Made by a program: the position numbers and the translations under genes | Notes under the pieces: generated by a model | Told to the model about the DNA's origin: nothing | What the model saw: only the letters and a program-made list of their open reading frames with translations | Databases searched by the model: none | Source: Bdellovibrionota bacterium | Lineage (GTDB): Bacteria; JAGRBM01 | Assembly: GCA_040758475.1 (NCBI GenBank) | Contig: JBFLVN010000001.1 | Coordinates: 1 to 51,563 of the forward strand | DNA: 51,563 nucleotides | Direction of reading: 5' to 3' | Shown: positions 17,816 to 26,403 of the stretch, piece by piece | Layout: each line of letters begins with the position of its first letter | How positions within the stretch are numbered: the first letter of the stretch is position 1

Positions 17816-18529
17816 ATGCCGGTCCTTCGCGCGGTCATTTTCGATTTCGACGGCGTTCTCGCGGACACGGAAAAGCTCCACTGGGAACTCTACCAGGAAG
17901 TCCTTTCGCCCCTGGGGGCTTCCTTCTCGTGGGACGAATATGTCTCCCGCTGGATGGCCCTGCACGATGAGGGATGCATCGAGGCGGTATTGATCGACCG
18001 GAAGCTTCCGGCCGAGAAGGGGAAAGTTTCCGCCCTGGCGGCCCAGAAGGGAAAACTCTTTCAGGAACGGCTCGGGCGCGGGCGGGTCGATCTCTTCCCG
18101 GGGGTGGCGAGCCTCGTGGGCCGTCTTGCCGCGAAGATGCCGATCGCCATCGCTTCCGGCGCCTTGCGGATCGAAGTGGAAGCCGTCCTCCGGGCCCACG
18201 GCCTTCTGCCCTCTTTTTCGGCCGTCGTGGCGGCGGAGGATTGCGAGCACCACAAGCCCCACCCCGAGCCCTACGAGCGGGCGCTCGCGGCTTTGAACCG
18301 GCGGCAGGGCGCGGCAGGCATTTCTCCCCGCGAGACCCTGGTTTTCGAGGATACGCCCGACGGCATCCGCTCGGCCAAGCGGGCCGGGATGTGGTGCGTG
18401 GGCATCACCAATTCCTATCCGGCCGAAAAGCTCGAAGCGGCCGACCTGGCCGTGGAGGGCCTCGAAGGGATCGAACTCCTGGGGCTCGAGGCCCGGCTCG
18501 AAAGCGGAGCCGCCCTCGGCGCGAAATAA
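17816..18529 (+). CDS. HAD-IA family hydrolase (beta-phosphoglucomutase-like)
   Basis: Motif I AVIFDFDGVLADTE, motif III/IV region FEDTPDGIRSAKRAGM. Confidence 0.85.
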   Translation: MPVLRAVIFDFDGVLADTEKLHWELYQEVLSPLGASFSWDEYVSRWMALHDEGCIEAVLIDRKLPAEKGKVSALAAQKGKLFQERLGRGRVDLFPGVASLVGRLAAKMPIAIASGALRIEVEAVLRAHGLLPSFSAVVAAEDCEHHKPHPEPYERALAALNRRQGAAGISPRETLVFEDTPDGIRSAKRAGMWCVGITNSYPAEKLEAADLAVEGLEGIELLGLEARLESGAALGAK

Positions 18530-18566
18530 CGAGGCTTTGTGGTAAGATTCCCCCGCTGCCTTTTCC

Positions 18567-18656
18567 GGAGGGGTGGCCGAGCGGTTTAAGGCACCGGTCT
18601 TGAAAACCGGCAGGGCTTTGCGGCCCTCGTGAGTTCGAATCTCACCCCCTCCGCCA
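18567..18656 (+). tRNA. tRNA-Ser, anticodon UGA, encoded CCA
   Basis: Hand-folded. Acceptor GGAGGGG/CCCCTCC. 3-bp D stem GCC/GGC. Anticodon stem CCGGT/ACCGG with loop CTTGAAA (anticodon TGA). Long variable arm (AGGGC..GCCCT) typical of class II Ser. T arm GTGAG-TTCGAAT-CTCAC. Discriminator G followed by CCA. Confidence 0.9.
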
Positions 18657-20171
18657 GATGTGACTTCCTCCGTTTTCCGCCATGAGATTGAACGGAAAGC
18701 GGTAATCAAATCGCACACTTGTACCGTCAAGCGCCAAGTTCGATGAGACCACTTCGGCCAGTTCGGCGCGGAAGTGGTGATTTCCACAATCATAGAGTGA
18801 TTTCAGGCGGTTACAGAGTTCTATGACGTTCCGAAGGTGTTTATGGGCGCTGCTCAGGCCGCCGCCCTTGCGGGCGAGGTCGTTTTCGATTCTGGATAGC
18901 TCCGAGCGCCAGGCGTTCCATTTCCCCTTAAAGAAATCTTCATCAATCTTGCCAGTTACGTGGTCCGTATAGAGCCGATCTAGGTGGTTCTTTAGTTCGG
19001 CGGCCTTCTTTTCAAGGGAAACCCTGCCGGTGGCCGATTCGCCCTCCCACTTGGCCTCCGCTTCATCCAGGGCTTTCTGGAGCAGGAGGGCCATGTCGTC
19101 GGGGACGTACAGGGCGGTTATTTTCTCCCTTAAAACCGCTTCCAGCACTTCCTGGCGGACATATGCCCGCTCGCAGGTGCTTGGGCTATTGCCACAGTGG
19201 TAATAGACGTATTTCCCCTTCTTAATCTCAGCCGTGACGGCCCATCCGCATTTAGCGCATTTGAGGAGCCCGCGGTAAGGGAAATCGTGTTTGTAATAGC
19301 TCTCGGGCCGATTCTGGCGCCTAAGCTGCACCTGGGCGGCATCCCATAAGTCCCGGGTCACGATGGGATCAAAATTCCCCTTGTAGAGTTTTCCAGACCA
19401 GTAGAATTCGCCATAGTAGATGGGGTTTTTTACAACAATCTCTACCCCTCGTTTGTTAAGTTCCCTACCCGTACGGGTCCGAAGGCCGCCCCGGCTTACG
19501 AGGTCCGCCACCGCCGCCATCGAATAGCGCCCCGTGGCGTATTTCTCGAAAACTTTTCGGACAAAGGGCGCCTCCTTGGGATCTTGTACGAGACACCTTT
19601 TCTGGCGGTTCCATCGGTATCCGAGGGGCGGAATGGAGGGGAATTGGCCGCTTTCGGCCTTTTTCTGCTGGCCTTTCCGGACTTCTTCGGAGAGGTTCTC
19701 CACGTAGTTCTTGGCCATTAAGACCTTTATTTCGTGGATAAACCGGCTGTGGGACGAGGCCTCCCGCCCCAGGATTTCAGACTCTTTTACCAGATGAACC
19801 CGTACGTCCTTCTCGCGCACGAGATCGTCCAGGGTCGTGTAGTCCTTTAAATTCCGGTACGCCCGATCGGTCTTTTCGACCAGGAGATTTACCGGGAGGG
19901 GGCTCCGCCGAATGAAGGCGAGCATTTCCCCAAACTTCGTGCGCCCCGTGGCTCTTGCCGTTTCCACGTCCACGAATTCGGAAACGACCTCGAAGCCCTT
20001 CTCCAGGGCGTATTTCCGAAGGAGCGAGAGCTGCGCGTCGATGGAAAAGCCTTCTTCCTGTTCCCGCGAAGAGACGCGGGCGTATAAGACCGCCACCATG
20101 GATGAAATAGAGGAAGCCCGCTTCGAGCGGCTAAACATTCTATCTCTTTTAACGTAGCTCAGTCTTCCCAT
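18642..20171 (-). CDS. Large serine recombinase (serine integrase)
   Basis: Resolvase-type N-domain VLYARVSSREQEEGFSIDAQ (catalytic Ser). Recombinase domain. Zinc ribbon CAKCGWAVTAEIKKGKYVYYHCGN. C-terminal coiled coil. Alternative starts at 20138 and 20099 (MVAVLYARVSS). The last 5 codons plus stop (IWRRG*) are the reverse complement of the tRNA-Ser 3' end. Confidence 0.9.
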   Translation of the reverse strand: MGRLSYVKRDRMFSRSKRASSISSMVAVLYARVSSREQEEGFSIDAQLSLLRKYALEKGFEVVSEFVDVETARATGRTKFGEMLAFIRRSPLPVNLLVEKTDRAYRNLKDYTTLDDLVREKDVRVHLVKESEILGREASSHSRFIHEIKVLMAKNYVENLSEEVRKGQQKKAESGQFPSIPPLGYRWNRQKRCLVQDPKEAPFVRKVFEKYATGRYSMAAVADLVSRGGLRTRTGRELNKRGVEIVVKNPIYYGEFYWSGKLYKGNFDPIVTRDLWDAAQVQLRRQNRPESYYKHDFPYRGLLKCAKCGWAVTAEIKKGKYVYYHCGNSPSTCERAYVRQEVLEAVLREKITALYVPDDMALLLQKALDEAEAKWEGESATGRVSLEKKAAELKNHLDRLYTDHVTGKIDEDFFKGKWNAWRSELSRIENDLARKGGGLSSAHKHLRNVIELCNRLKSLYDCGNHHFRAELAEVVSSNLALDGTSVRFDYRFPFNLMAENGGSHIWRRG

Positions 20172-20232
20172 TGGTTCACCAAGACTTAGCTTTTAGACTG
20201 CCTAGTAAAACGCTCTATTTTCTCTTTTTCCA

Positions 20233-20445
20233 TCACTGATTGTCAAGTAAAATCTGATTCTCGCTTTCGGTGGAAACGGGTGCTTTCGCGTTCCAGCTAT
20301 CCTGGATTATCAGGATTTCAAAAAACTCCCCTAATACCCTGGCCGCTTCCCGGGCTTCTTTGTAGGAGAGTTCCTTCCCGATCTTTTTTCCCAAGACCTC
20401 GGCCGTCATTTTTACAAGCTCCTCCGATGGCGTGAAGGGTTTCAC
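20233..20445 (-). CDS. Hypothetical small protein (70 aa) coupled to the primase gene
   Basis: 4-nt overlap with the stop of the upstream primase ORF. No recognisable motif. Confidence 0.45.
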   Translation of the reverse strand: MKPFTPSEELVKMTAEVLGKKIGKELSYKEAREAARVLGEFFEILIIQDSWNAKAPVSTESENQILLDNQ

Positions 20446-23207
20446 AGGGCTTCCTCGGAGAGGTCTTTGGTGAATTCAAAGTACCGAATCCCCTTGACGG
20501 CTTTCCTTCGCACGCCCCACCCGGCCCGAGTAAGGACTTCTTCGGAGTCGGCAAGCCGGGAGCCCATCTGTTGCGCGCTGGCAAAGGGTGGAAGAAGCCC
20601 CAGTTTCTTTCCAAGCGATCCGAAGGCCCCTTGGAATGTAAGAGCCGTGCCCGTGAAGGTGACTTTCGCAGGAACGCCGTTCTGGAGGGAGATCGTCTCG
20701 TGGCGGATTTTGTATTCTTTCCCGAAATCTTCGTAGCTTCCGGAGTGGAGAAGTTCGCTGGCGAGGTTTTCAAGGAAGAAAACGAAGGGGTTTGTATGAG
20801 TCTCCGCTTCCCGGGCTTTTTCCTCCTGGTTTCCCAAAAGTTCCTCGACGATCTCCTGGGCCATCTTTTCAGCCGGAAGGCTCTTCTTGCGGGCATCGGG
20901 GATATATTTGAGGAGCACTTCCAGGATGACGAAGAGCCCGGAGAGGAACTCATCTAGCCGCTGCTTGGCGTGGCCCGGGTGGTGGAGGCGTAAGTATTGA
21001 AGATAAAAGGCTTTTTTGCTGTTCCAGTGGGGCAAAATTTCTTTGGCGAGCACAAGGAAAAAAGCCGAGAGGATGGAAGAGCGCTTTTCACGGAGTTCTT
21101 CGAGAATGGCGGTTTTTTGAAACCCGGGGCTCCGGTACTTTCCATCGAATTCCAGGCTCCAGGTACGAGTGATCAACTCGTGCTGGTCAAAGGGCTCGAT
21201 CGCCGTGACGATGACCTGGTTATAGAGGCGCTCGTAGACGTTCTCGGAGTCGGTCCCACCCTTTCTTTTTTGATTGACCGTTCCCGTGGCCGCGGCGAGA
21301 AGGAAGTTAAGGGTTCCCCGGTCGATGTCGCGGGATTCCAAATTGTCCTTGATCGTGAGGGGATTTGTCATGCCGTCGGAGAAATCCGAAGCGGTGCGGC
21401 TCTTTCCTACCCAATCCTCCCCATAGACGAGCATGGAACAGAGGTTCGCGGCAGTGGTTTTTCCGGAAGCCGCGCTCCCGCTCATGTGCAAAATGGCCCT
21501 ATCCCGCGAGAAGCCAAGCAGGAAAAGATTCAAAAGCCAGGAAGCCACGAAGTACCGCCCCGCGGCATCGGTGGACAGGTTCGAGAGAAAGAGTCTTCGG
21601 AAATCTAAGAAAGCCCCCTTCACGTCCACGTCGGGAGAAAAATCAATGGGCCGCATTTTATTCGAAGGGCGAAGGAGCGAATTCCTGGCGTTTGGAAGTA
21701 CGGTCACTTCGCCGGGCGCGATTCTTAGAATCTGGTCGTCCGGTCGTGAGGTATGGAGGAAAATCTCACTGTTCTCGACGTGCAACCAGGGGGAAACTTC
21801 GATTCTTCTGCCTGAATTAAGGCACTCGCACTCCAAGGCGTCGAAAATTATTTTCGCTCGCTGCTCCGAGTAGACGATGCGGGCTTTTTCATAGAGAAGC
21901 GCCCGAAATTCCCTTTCGGCCCCCAGGGCAAAAACTTTTCCTTCGTACGAGAGAAAGCATCTCCCGCCGTTCTTTTCGACAAAGAACGCCTTTTCTCCCC
22001 CCAGCCATTCCCAGATCATGAGGGCCTGGTTCTTGGCCGCCTCAGGGGCGAAGAATTTTATCTTTCGCTCTTCGCAGAATTCGAAATAGAGGGAGAGGCA
22101 TTTTTTTAAGGAAACGTACTGGGGCAGGGATTGATCCAGGAGGACTTGAAGGGCGCTCTTCTGGTCTTTCTGGCTCCTCAAATACTCGTCAATGTCCTTC
22201 GTCTCCCCCGGCCAGGTGATGAGCCGCACTTCCGCGGTGGGTTTTTCTAGGATGCCGGCCAGCGTGGGCGGAAGGGGGGCGAGGGTCTCGATTACTTTTT
22301 CCGTATACATCCTCCCCGCTTCATCCTGGTCAAAAGCTAAGAAAATCGTTTTTCCAGGGGAAATCTCCTTGAGGACGTGAAGCTGCTCGCCTGAGAGCTG
22401 CCCGCAGATCGCAAGGACTGACGAAAACCCCCGCCCGGCGACGGTGAGAAGGTCGTTTTGCCCTTCGACCAGGAGGATTTCGTCTTTCTTGAGGGCTACT
22501 TGGTTTAGAAAAACGCATCCAGGGGAGCGGTACTCGGAGCGGAGGCGTAGCGGGGTTTTATCCTGGCTGAAGGGCTTGCAGGTAAAATCCCTAATATCAC
22601 CGTTTGGAAGGTAATGGGGATAAACAAAGAGCCCCGGGGGAAAGGCATCTATGAGCCCTTCTCCCTGCTCTTTGACAAGGCCAGAGGCCAGGAGTTCGTC
22701 CCTACTAAAATCGTGGAGATGCCGGTGAAGGGCGCCATCCGAAAAGCCCACTTGGAAGGCTTTAAGGATTACGGGGGAATGGCCCCGTTTTTCTTGCAAA
22801 TGCTTTAAAGCCTCATGGTTGCGGGGAGCAAAGAGGTTTTCGTGAAAATACTTCGTCGCGGCGGCAAAGACACTTGCACGGGGATTGCTTCCTGCTGATG
22901 GGGCGCTAGGTGCCGCTCCCGGGAAATCCAATTTAATGCCGTAGTCAGCCGCCAGGGCTTTCAAGGCGTCCACAGCCGAACCGAGCATCCGGTACTCTTT
23001 GGCGAACGTGATCACGTCGCCAAATTTCCCGCACTGGAAGCATTTGTAAGTGTCTTCGTAGACCGTGAAGCATTCATGGCCCCGGCAAAACGGGCATTCT
23101 TCCAAGTGGACGTAGTTCGAAAACTTCTTCTTTACCCGGCCGCCCGACTCCTGGATGATGAAATCCAGGAGCCGGACGGCTTCCTTCACCCGCGTAAAAT
23201 CGCTCAT
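20442..23207 (-). CDS. Bifunctional DNA primase (CHC2 zinc finger + TOPRIM) fused to a P-loop NTPase/helicase-like domain
   Basis: Zinc finger CPFCRGHECFTVYEDTYKCFQCGKFGD. TOPRIM ILLVEGQNDLLTV and FDQDEAGR. C-terminal Walker A MSGSAASGKTTAANL. Confidence 0.85.
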   Translation of the reverse strand: MSDFTRVKEAVRLLDFIIQESGGRVKKKFSNYVHLEECPFCRGHECFTVYEDTYKCFQCGKFGDVITFAKEYRMLGSAVDALKALAADYGIKLDFPGAAPSAPSAGSNPRASVFAAATKYFHENLFAPRNHEALKHLQEKRGHSPVILKAFQVGFSDGALHRHLHDFSRDELLASGLVKEQGEGLIDAFPPGLFVYPHYLPNGDIRDFTCKPFSQDKTPLRLRSEYRSPGCVFLNQVALKKDEILLVEGQNDLLTVAGRGFSSVLAICGQLSGEQLHVLKEISPGKTIFLAFDQDEAGRMYTEKVIETLAPLPPTLAGILEKPTAEVRLITWPGETKDIDEYLRSQKDQKSALQVLLDQSLPQYVSLKKCLSLYFEFCEERKIKFFAPEAAKNQALMIWEWLGGEKAFFVEKNGGRCFLSYEGKVFALGAEREFRALLYEKARIVYSEQRAKIIFDALECECLNSGRRIEVSPWLHVENSEIFLHTSRPDDQILRIAPGEVTVLPNARNSLLRPSNKMRPIDFSPDVDVKGAFLDFRRLFLSNLSTDAAGRYFVASWLLNLFLLGFSRDRAILHMSGSAASGKTTAANLCSMLVYGEDWVGKSRTASDFSDGMTNPLTIKDNLESRDIDRGTLNFLLAAATGTVNQKRKGGTDSENVYERLYNQVIVTAIEPFDQHELITRTWSLEFDGKYRSPGFQKTAILEELREKRSSILSAFFLVLAKEILPHWNSKKAFYLQYLRLHHPGHAKQRLDEFLSGLFVILEVLLKYIPDARKKSLPAEKMAQEIVEELLGNQEEKAREAETHTNPFVFFLENLASELLHSGSYEDFGKEYKIRHETISLQNGVPAKVTFTGTALTFQGAFGSLGKKLGLLPPFASAQQMGSRLADSEEVLTRAGWGVRRKAVKGIRYFEFTKDLSEEAL

Positions 23208-23404
23208 AGGCCCTGCACCATCTTTTCGGCAATAACCCGCGCCGACGTGGCGATGGTTTCGCAGGACGTATCGGCGTCCTCGGGATTGGCGCAGATCCCG
23301 ATGAGGGCGCAGCCTTCGTAGAAGCGCTGCAAATCCTGTTTTTCCTTGGGGACTTGAAGCCGGATCACATTGCTCTTTTTGCGAAGACGTTTAACGACTT
23401 TCAT
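23204..23404 (-). CDS. Hypothetical small protein (66 aa)
   Basis: 4-nt overlap with the primase start, same strand, basic N-terminus. No family recognised. Confidence 0.4.
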   Translation of the reverse strand: MKVVKRLRKKSNVIRLQVPKEKQDLQRFYEGCALIGICANPEDADTSCETIATSARVIAEKMVQGL

Positions 23405-23470
23405 TTCTTGCTCCTCGGGCGTTTTTCGCCCTTTTAAGATCGGGGAAGGCTTCTCTTGGTTTTTGAGGGA

Positions 23471-23704
23471 CTAGTTCATCGACAGGGCGGGTTCTTCGGC
23501 GGCGCGCTTCAAACACTCGATCAGGTCGTCCAGGAGGATCTCGTGTTTTCTGCAAAACGCTTCCAGGACCGTGAGGGACCCCTCTCCAAGCAGGTCCAAG
23601 GTGAGGTCGTCCGTGACGGTGCGGCCATTCCTCGTAATGCTCACGGTGTACTGGTGCCCGTTCGGGCCAATGTATTTACAGGTGGCTTTCAGCTCGGGTT
23701 TCAT
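23471..23704 (-). CDS. Hypothetical small protein (77 aa)
   Basis: Internal ATG at 23704 is preceded by GGAGGAG 9 nt upstream. The longer track ORF (to 23869) overlaps the upstream HTH gene and is less likely. Confidence 0.4.
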   Translation of the reverse strand: MKPELKATCKYIGPNGHQYTVSITRNGRTVTDDLTLDLLGEGSLTVLEAFCRKHEILLDDLIECLKRAAEEPALSMN

Positions 23705-23771
23705 TGGCAAGACTCCTCCATTGAGACCGCGGGGGGTCTCTTTTCTCTCGCTCAGGATTTTTTGGGAAAAA

Positions 23772-24044
23772 CTAAGCCGCGGGTTCTTGGGGCTCGTCCC
23801 GCTCATAGGGACTGGGGGGCAATTCTCCGTGGTAGAAGTAATCGGCTCCCTGGTCGCGTGATAGACCAAGTGCCTTTTGCACCCTCCGGGCGGTGGCTCT
23901 GTTCATGCTCTTTACCTGACCGGTGAGCCACCCCCGGAGGGTGTTGGGCGCGACCTTGAGCTTCTTGGCGAAAGCATGGGTGCTAAGGCCGCTTTCCCTT
24001 TTGAGACGGGACATGATGCGTTTCAAAGACGTGGGGGAATTCAT
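23772..24044 (-). CDS. XRE-family HTH protein (Cro-like arm of divergent switch)
   Basis: ATG at 24044 with GGAGG upstream. HTH-like LKRESGLSTHAFAKKLKVAPNTLRGWLTG. Confidence 0.6.
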   Translation of the reverse strand: MNSPTSLKRIMSRLKRESGLSTHAFAKKLKVAPNTLRGWLTGQVKSMNRATARRVQKALGLSRDQGADYFYHGELPPSPYERDEPQEPAA

Positions 24045-24102
24045 AAAACCTCCTTGGCTTGACGAACACCCATGATATGAATAAAAGTGTAAATGTCTAT
24101 AT

Positions 24103-24146
24103 GCGGAAAGTTGCAAATGTGCGGGAAGTTGCAAATTTTGGCAAAT
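24103..24146. promoter_or_regulatory. Tandem operator-like direct repeats in the divergent XRE/XRE intergenic region
   Basis: gcggaaagttgcaaatgt (24103-24120) is immediately followed by gcgggaagttgcaaat (24121-24136) and a partial third copy ttggcaaat (24138-24146). The surrounding 163-bp spacer is AT-rich. Confidence 0.45.
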
Positions 24147-24207
24147 TCAGTATTATTCTTAGGGACTTGGGCGGATCATTATTTTTCGTTCACGTGAGGA
24201 AATTTTT

Positions 24208-24630
24208 GTGGCGAGCCCGAAGAAAGAGCAGAAAATAGCCGCCTACGTCCGTAAGGCGCGGGAATCACTGGATATTTCACAAGGCCATCTCGCCAGTCTC
24301 ACGGGCTATAGCGGCCCCGAAGCTATTAGCCGCATCGAGACGGGCCTTGTGGCCTTTCCGTTAGAGAAGGCTCACCTCTTCGCCGACGCCCTGGGCCTGG
24401 ATCGCCGGGAGTTCTGGCTCTTCTGCATGGAGAGTAGCGACGTGGAGCAGCCCAAGAGCTTCGGAGTCTTGGCCAAGGACGGCCTCGTCCCCCCGGACAT
24501 TGCCAATAAGCTGCTTAAAATCCGAAGGTCCGAGCGGTTTTGGGAGAAAGTCCGGGAACTCGTCAAGGACGACGACGAGCGCCGGGAACTCGAAGAGCGG
24601 CTAAAGAAGTTTAAGAAGCCGGCCGCCTGA
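24208..24630 (+). CDS. XRE-family HTH repressor (cI/ImmR-like)
   Basis: GTG start with GAGGAAA 7 nt upstream. HTH IAAYVRKARESLDISQGHLASLTGYSGPEAISRIETG. Followed on the same strand by an ImmA-like peptidase. Confidence 0.75.
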   Translation: MASPKKEQKIAAYVRKARESLDISQGHLASLTGYSGPEAISRIETGLVAFPLEKAHLFADALGLDRREFWLFCMESSDVEQPKSFGVLAKDGLVPPDIANKLLKIRRSERFWEKVRELVKDDDERRELEERLKKFKKPAA

Positions 24631-24928
24631 GCGGCTATTTAGTATCCCCAAATCCGCCAACTTCGTCTAAAAATCATACAGATTAACAAGATTAAATCCG
24701 CCTTTAACGGTTCTTAAAGATTTCTTCATTAAAATCTTCCCTAGCTCCTACAGCACGCGAGGGCGCACGGGGAGGCGGGCCGTGAACTTCTTTATTCCAC
24801 TCCATACCCATTCCAACACCGACTTTACTGATTGGTTAGACCCTCCCCGCTTGTGACGCTGGATGTCACGGGAAAACTAGACTTTCGGTTTTCGTTCGGT
24901 ATCTTCTCGGGCCGGGAAGGTCAGGGCA

Positions 24929-25501
24929 ATGAATTTCCAGCCAAGCAGGGTCTTGTACGCCGCGGAGTGTCTTCTGAAACAACTCGGATGGGAGGATAAA
25001 GAACCCCCTTTCTCGCCTTTGGAGGCGATTCGCTCGCTCTACGAGGGAAGAGTCATTATCTCCACGACGGCGGAATTCTCCAAAGGCGAGAACGGATGCG
25101 TTTATCTGGACCCCGATATTCCCGAAGCAACCTTCATCGCCTTGAACCGGAACGATCCCCTCTGCACCAAGACCGCCACCCTGGCCCACGAGCTTGGGCA
25201 TCTCTTTCTAGGACACCCCTTGGGAGGGCTCGGGGGATGTCTTTGCCGGATAGAGGGCCAGGTAAGCGAGGGAAACGTGATTGAGCGCGAGGCCAATACG
25301 TTTATGAGCGAGTTTTTAGTGCCCTTAAACACCCTGGACCGTTACTTTTCCAAAGACATCTCCCTCATGCGGAAAAAAGACCCCGAGGGCTTCCAGGTGG
25401 AAACCGATCTCCTCTCGCTCCAATTCGGCGTCTCCACTGCCTTCGTCCTAACGCAGCTCTGGCGGCTCCACAGGCAAAGAAAAGATAGGTGGGGGTTATG
25501 A
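24929..25501 (+). CDS. ImmA/IrrE-family zinc metallopeptidase (anti-repressor protease)
   Basis: HEXXH motif in ATLAHELGHLFLGHP, a distal REANTFMSEFLVP block, GGAAGG RBS 8 nt upstream. Confidence 0.8.
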   Translation: MNFQPSRVLYAAECLLKQLGWEDKEPPFSPLEAIRSLYEGRVIISTTAEFSKGENGCVYLDPDIPEATFIALNRNDPLCTKTATLAHELGHLFLGHPLGGLGGCLCRIEGQVSEGNVIEREANTFMSEFLVPLNTLDRYFSKDISLMRKKDPEGFQVETDLLSLQFGVSTAFVLTQLWRLHRQRKDRWGL

Positions 25502-25552
25502 GGAGGAATTTGCCGACACGTATGGTTGTTATTCCTCGGTTTGGATCTCCGA

Positions 25553-26323
25553 TCAAAGATCTTCCGCAATTCTCGGCAATGGATACCCCTTGGCGGTGTG
25601 TGCTTTCATATCTTGACGAAGTTTATCTATATGAAGGATATCCTTGCTGATAGCCTTAGCTGTTGCCGCGAAAAATGCGATTTGTGCTGCTTTACGGCCC
25701 GGCGCTAATCTAATCATAAACTCGCATAGCATGGTTGCCACTCCCTGGAATGATTGGAAAAATGGCTGCTGCATGAAGCGAGGACCGTAGATGTACACGA
25801 ATTCCTCTGGCTCCTTCGTATAATCAATGTCCGCAGTCCCTGTACCTCTGAGATAAACCTCGGCCGCGCTTTTAATTCCCTGGAGCAGGGCGAGGGCACC
25901 TCCCTCTTTTTTTACCCACGATTTGAATGCATCTAGGACTTCTTTGTGATCGGTCGACTCCAGGATGGGTTTTAGTTCGGGACAGTCCAGATATCGCGTA
26001 GGAAGTTCTGCAATAGAGGATATTTCGTCGAAGTTTCGTATTGCGGCATGTTCTGCTGTATCGAGAATTTGCTTTGCTACTAGAAGAGCGTCACGACGAT
26101 TTGTTTCTTGGAGATGCTTAAACTCCGCGAGGAACTGTATCCTCTGTTCTTCGATCTGCCTTGCTTGGTACGAAAGGCTCGCTGAGAACCATATAACCGC
26201 CAGAATTCCAGCTGCTGCTGAAATGATGCTGCCGTAACCGGAAAGGAGATTGATGTCGATTGACGCAATTGCTGCATAAACAGATATAAAAACTAATATT
26301 GTTAAAAGAATTAGCAACCGCAT
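25553..26323 (-). CDS. Uncharacterised protein with two N-terminal TM helices and a ~200-aa cytosolic domain (defence-cluster gene D)
   Basis: ATG at 26323 (MRLLILLTILVFISVYAAIAS) has GGAGG 8 nt upstream. The ORF is also open to an ATG at 26407 that overlaps the helicase stop (ATGA). Second TM is IISAAAGILAVIWFSASL. No family recognised. Confidence 0.6.
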   Translation of the reverse strand: MRLLILLTILVFISVYAAIASIDINLLSGYGSIISAAAGILAVIWFSASLSYQARQIEEQRIQFLAEFKHLQETNRRDALLVAKQILDTAEHAAIRNFDEISSIAELPTRYLDCPELKPILESTDHKEVLDAFKSWVKKEGGALALLQGIKSAAEVYLRGTGTADIDYTKEPEEFVYIYGPRFMQQPFFQSFQGVATMLCEFMIRLAPGRKAAQIAFFAATAKAISKDILHIDKLRQDMKAHTAKGYPLPRIAEDL

Positions 26324-26403
26324 GCATCGTGCCTCCGAGTCGCATTTCATAACCGAGAACCACACGTGATCAGGTTCTCTTTGCCAATCTCGTTCTTGGC
26401 ACG

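Noticed and set aside
17336-18793. 485-aa minus-strand ORF spanning the HEAT gene end, the HAD gene, the tRNA and the integrase 3' end
   Set aside because: It crosses a well-folded tRNA gene and two motif-supported plus-strand genes, and it has a low-complexity R/G/P composition. It is spurious.
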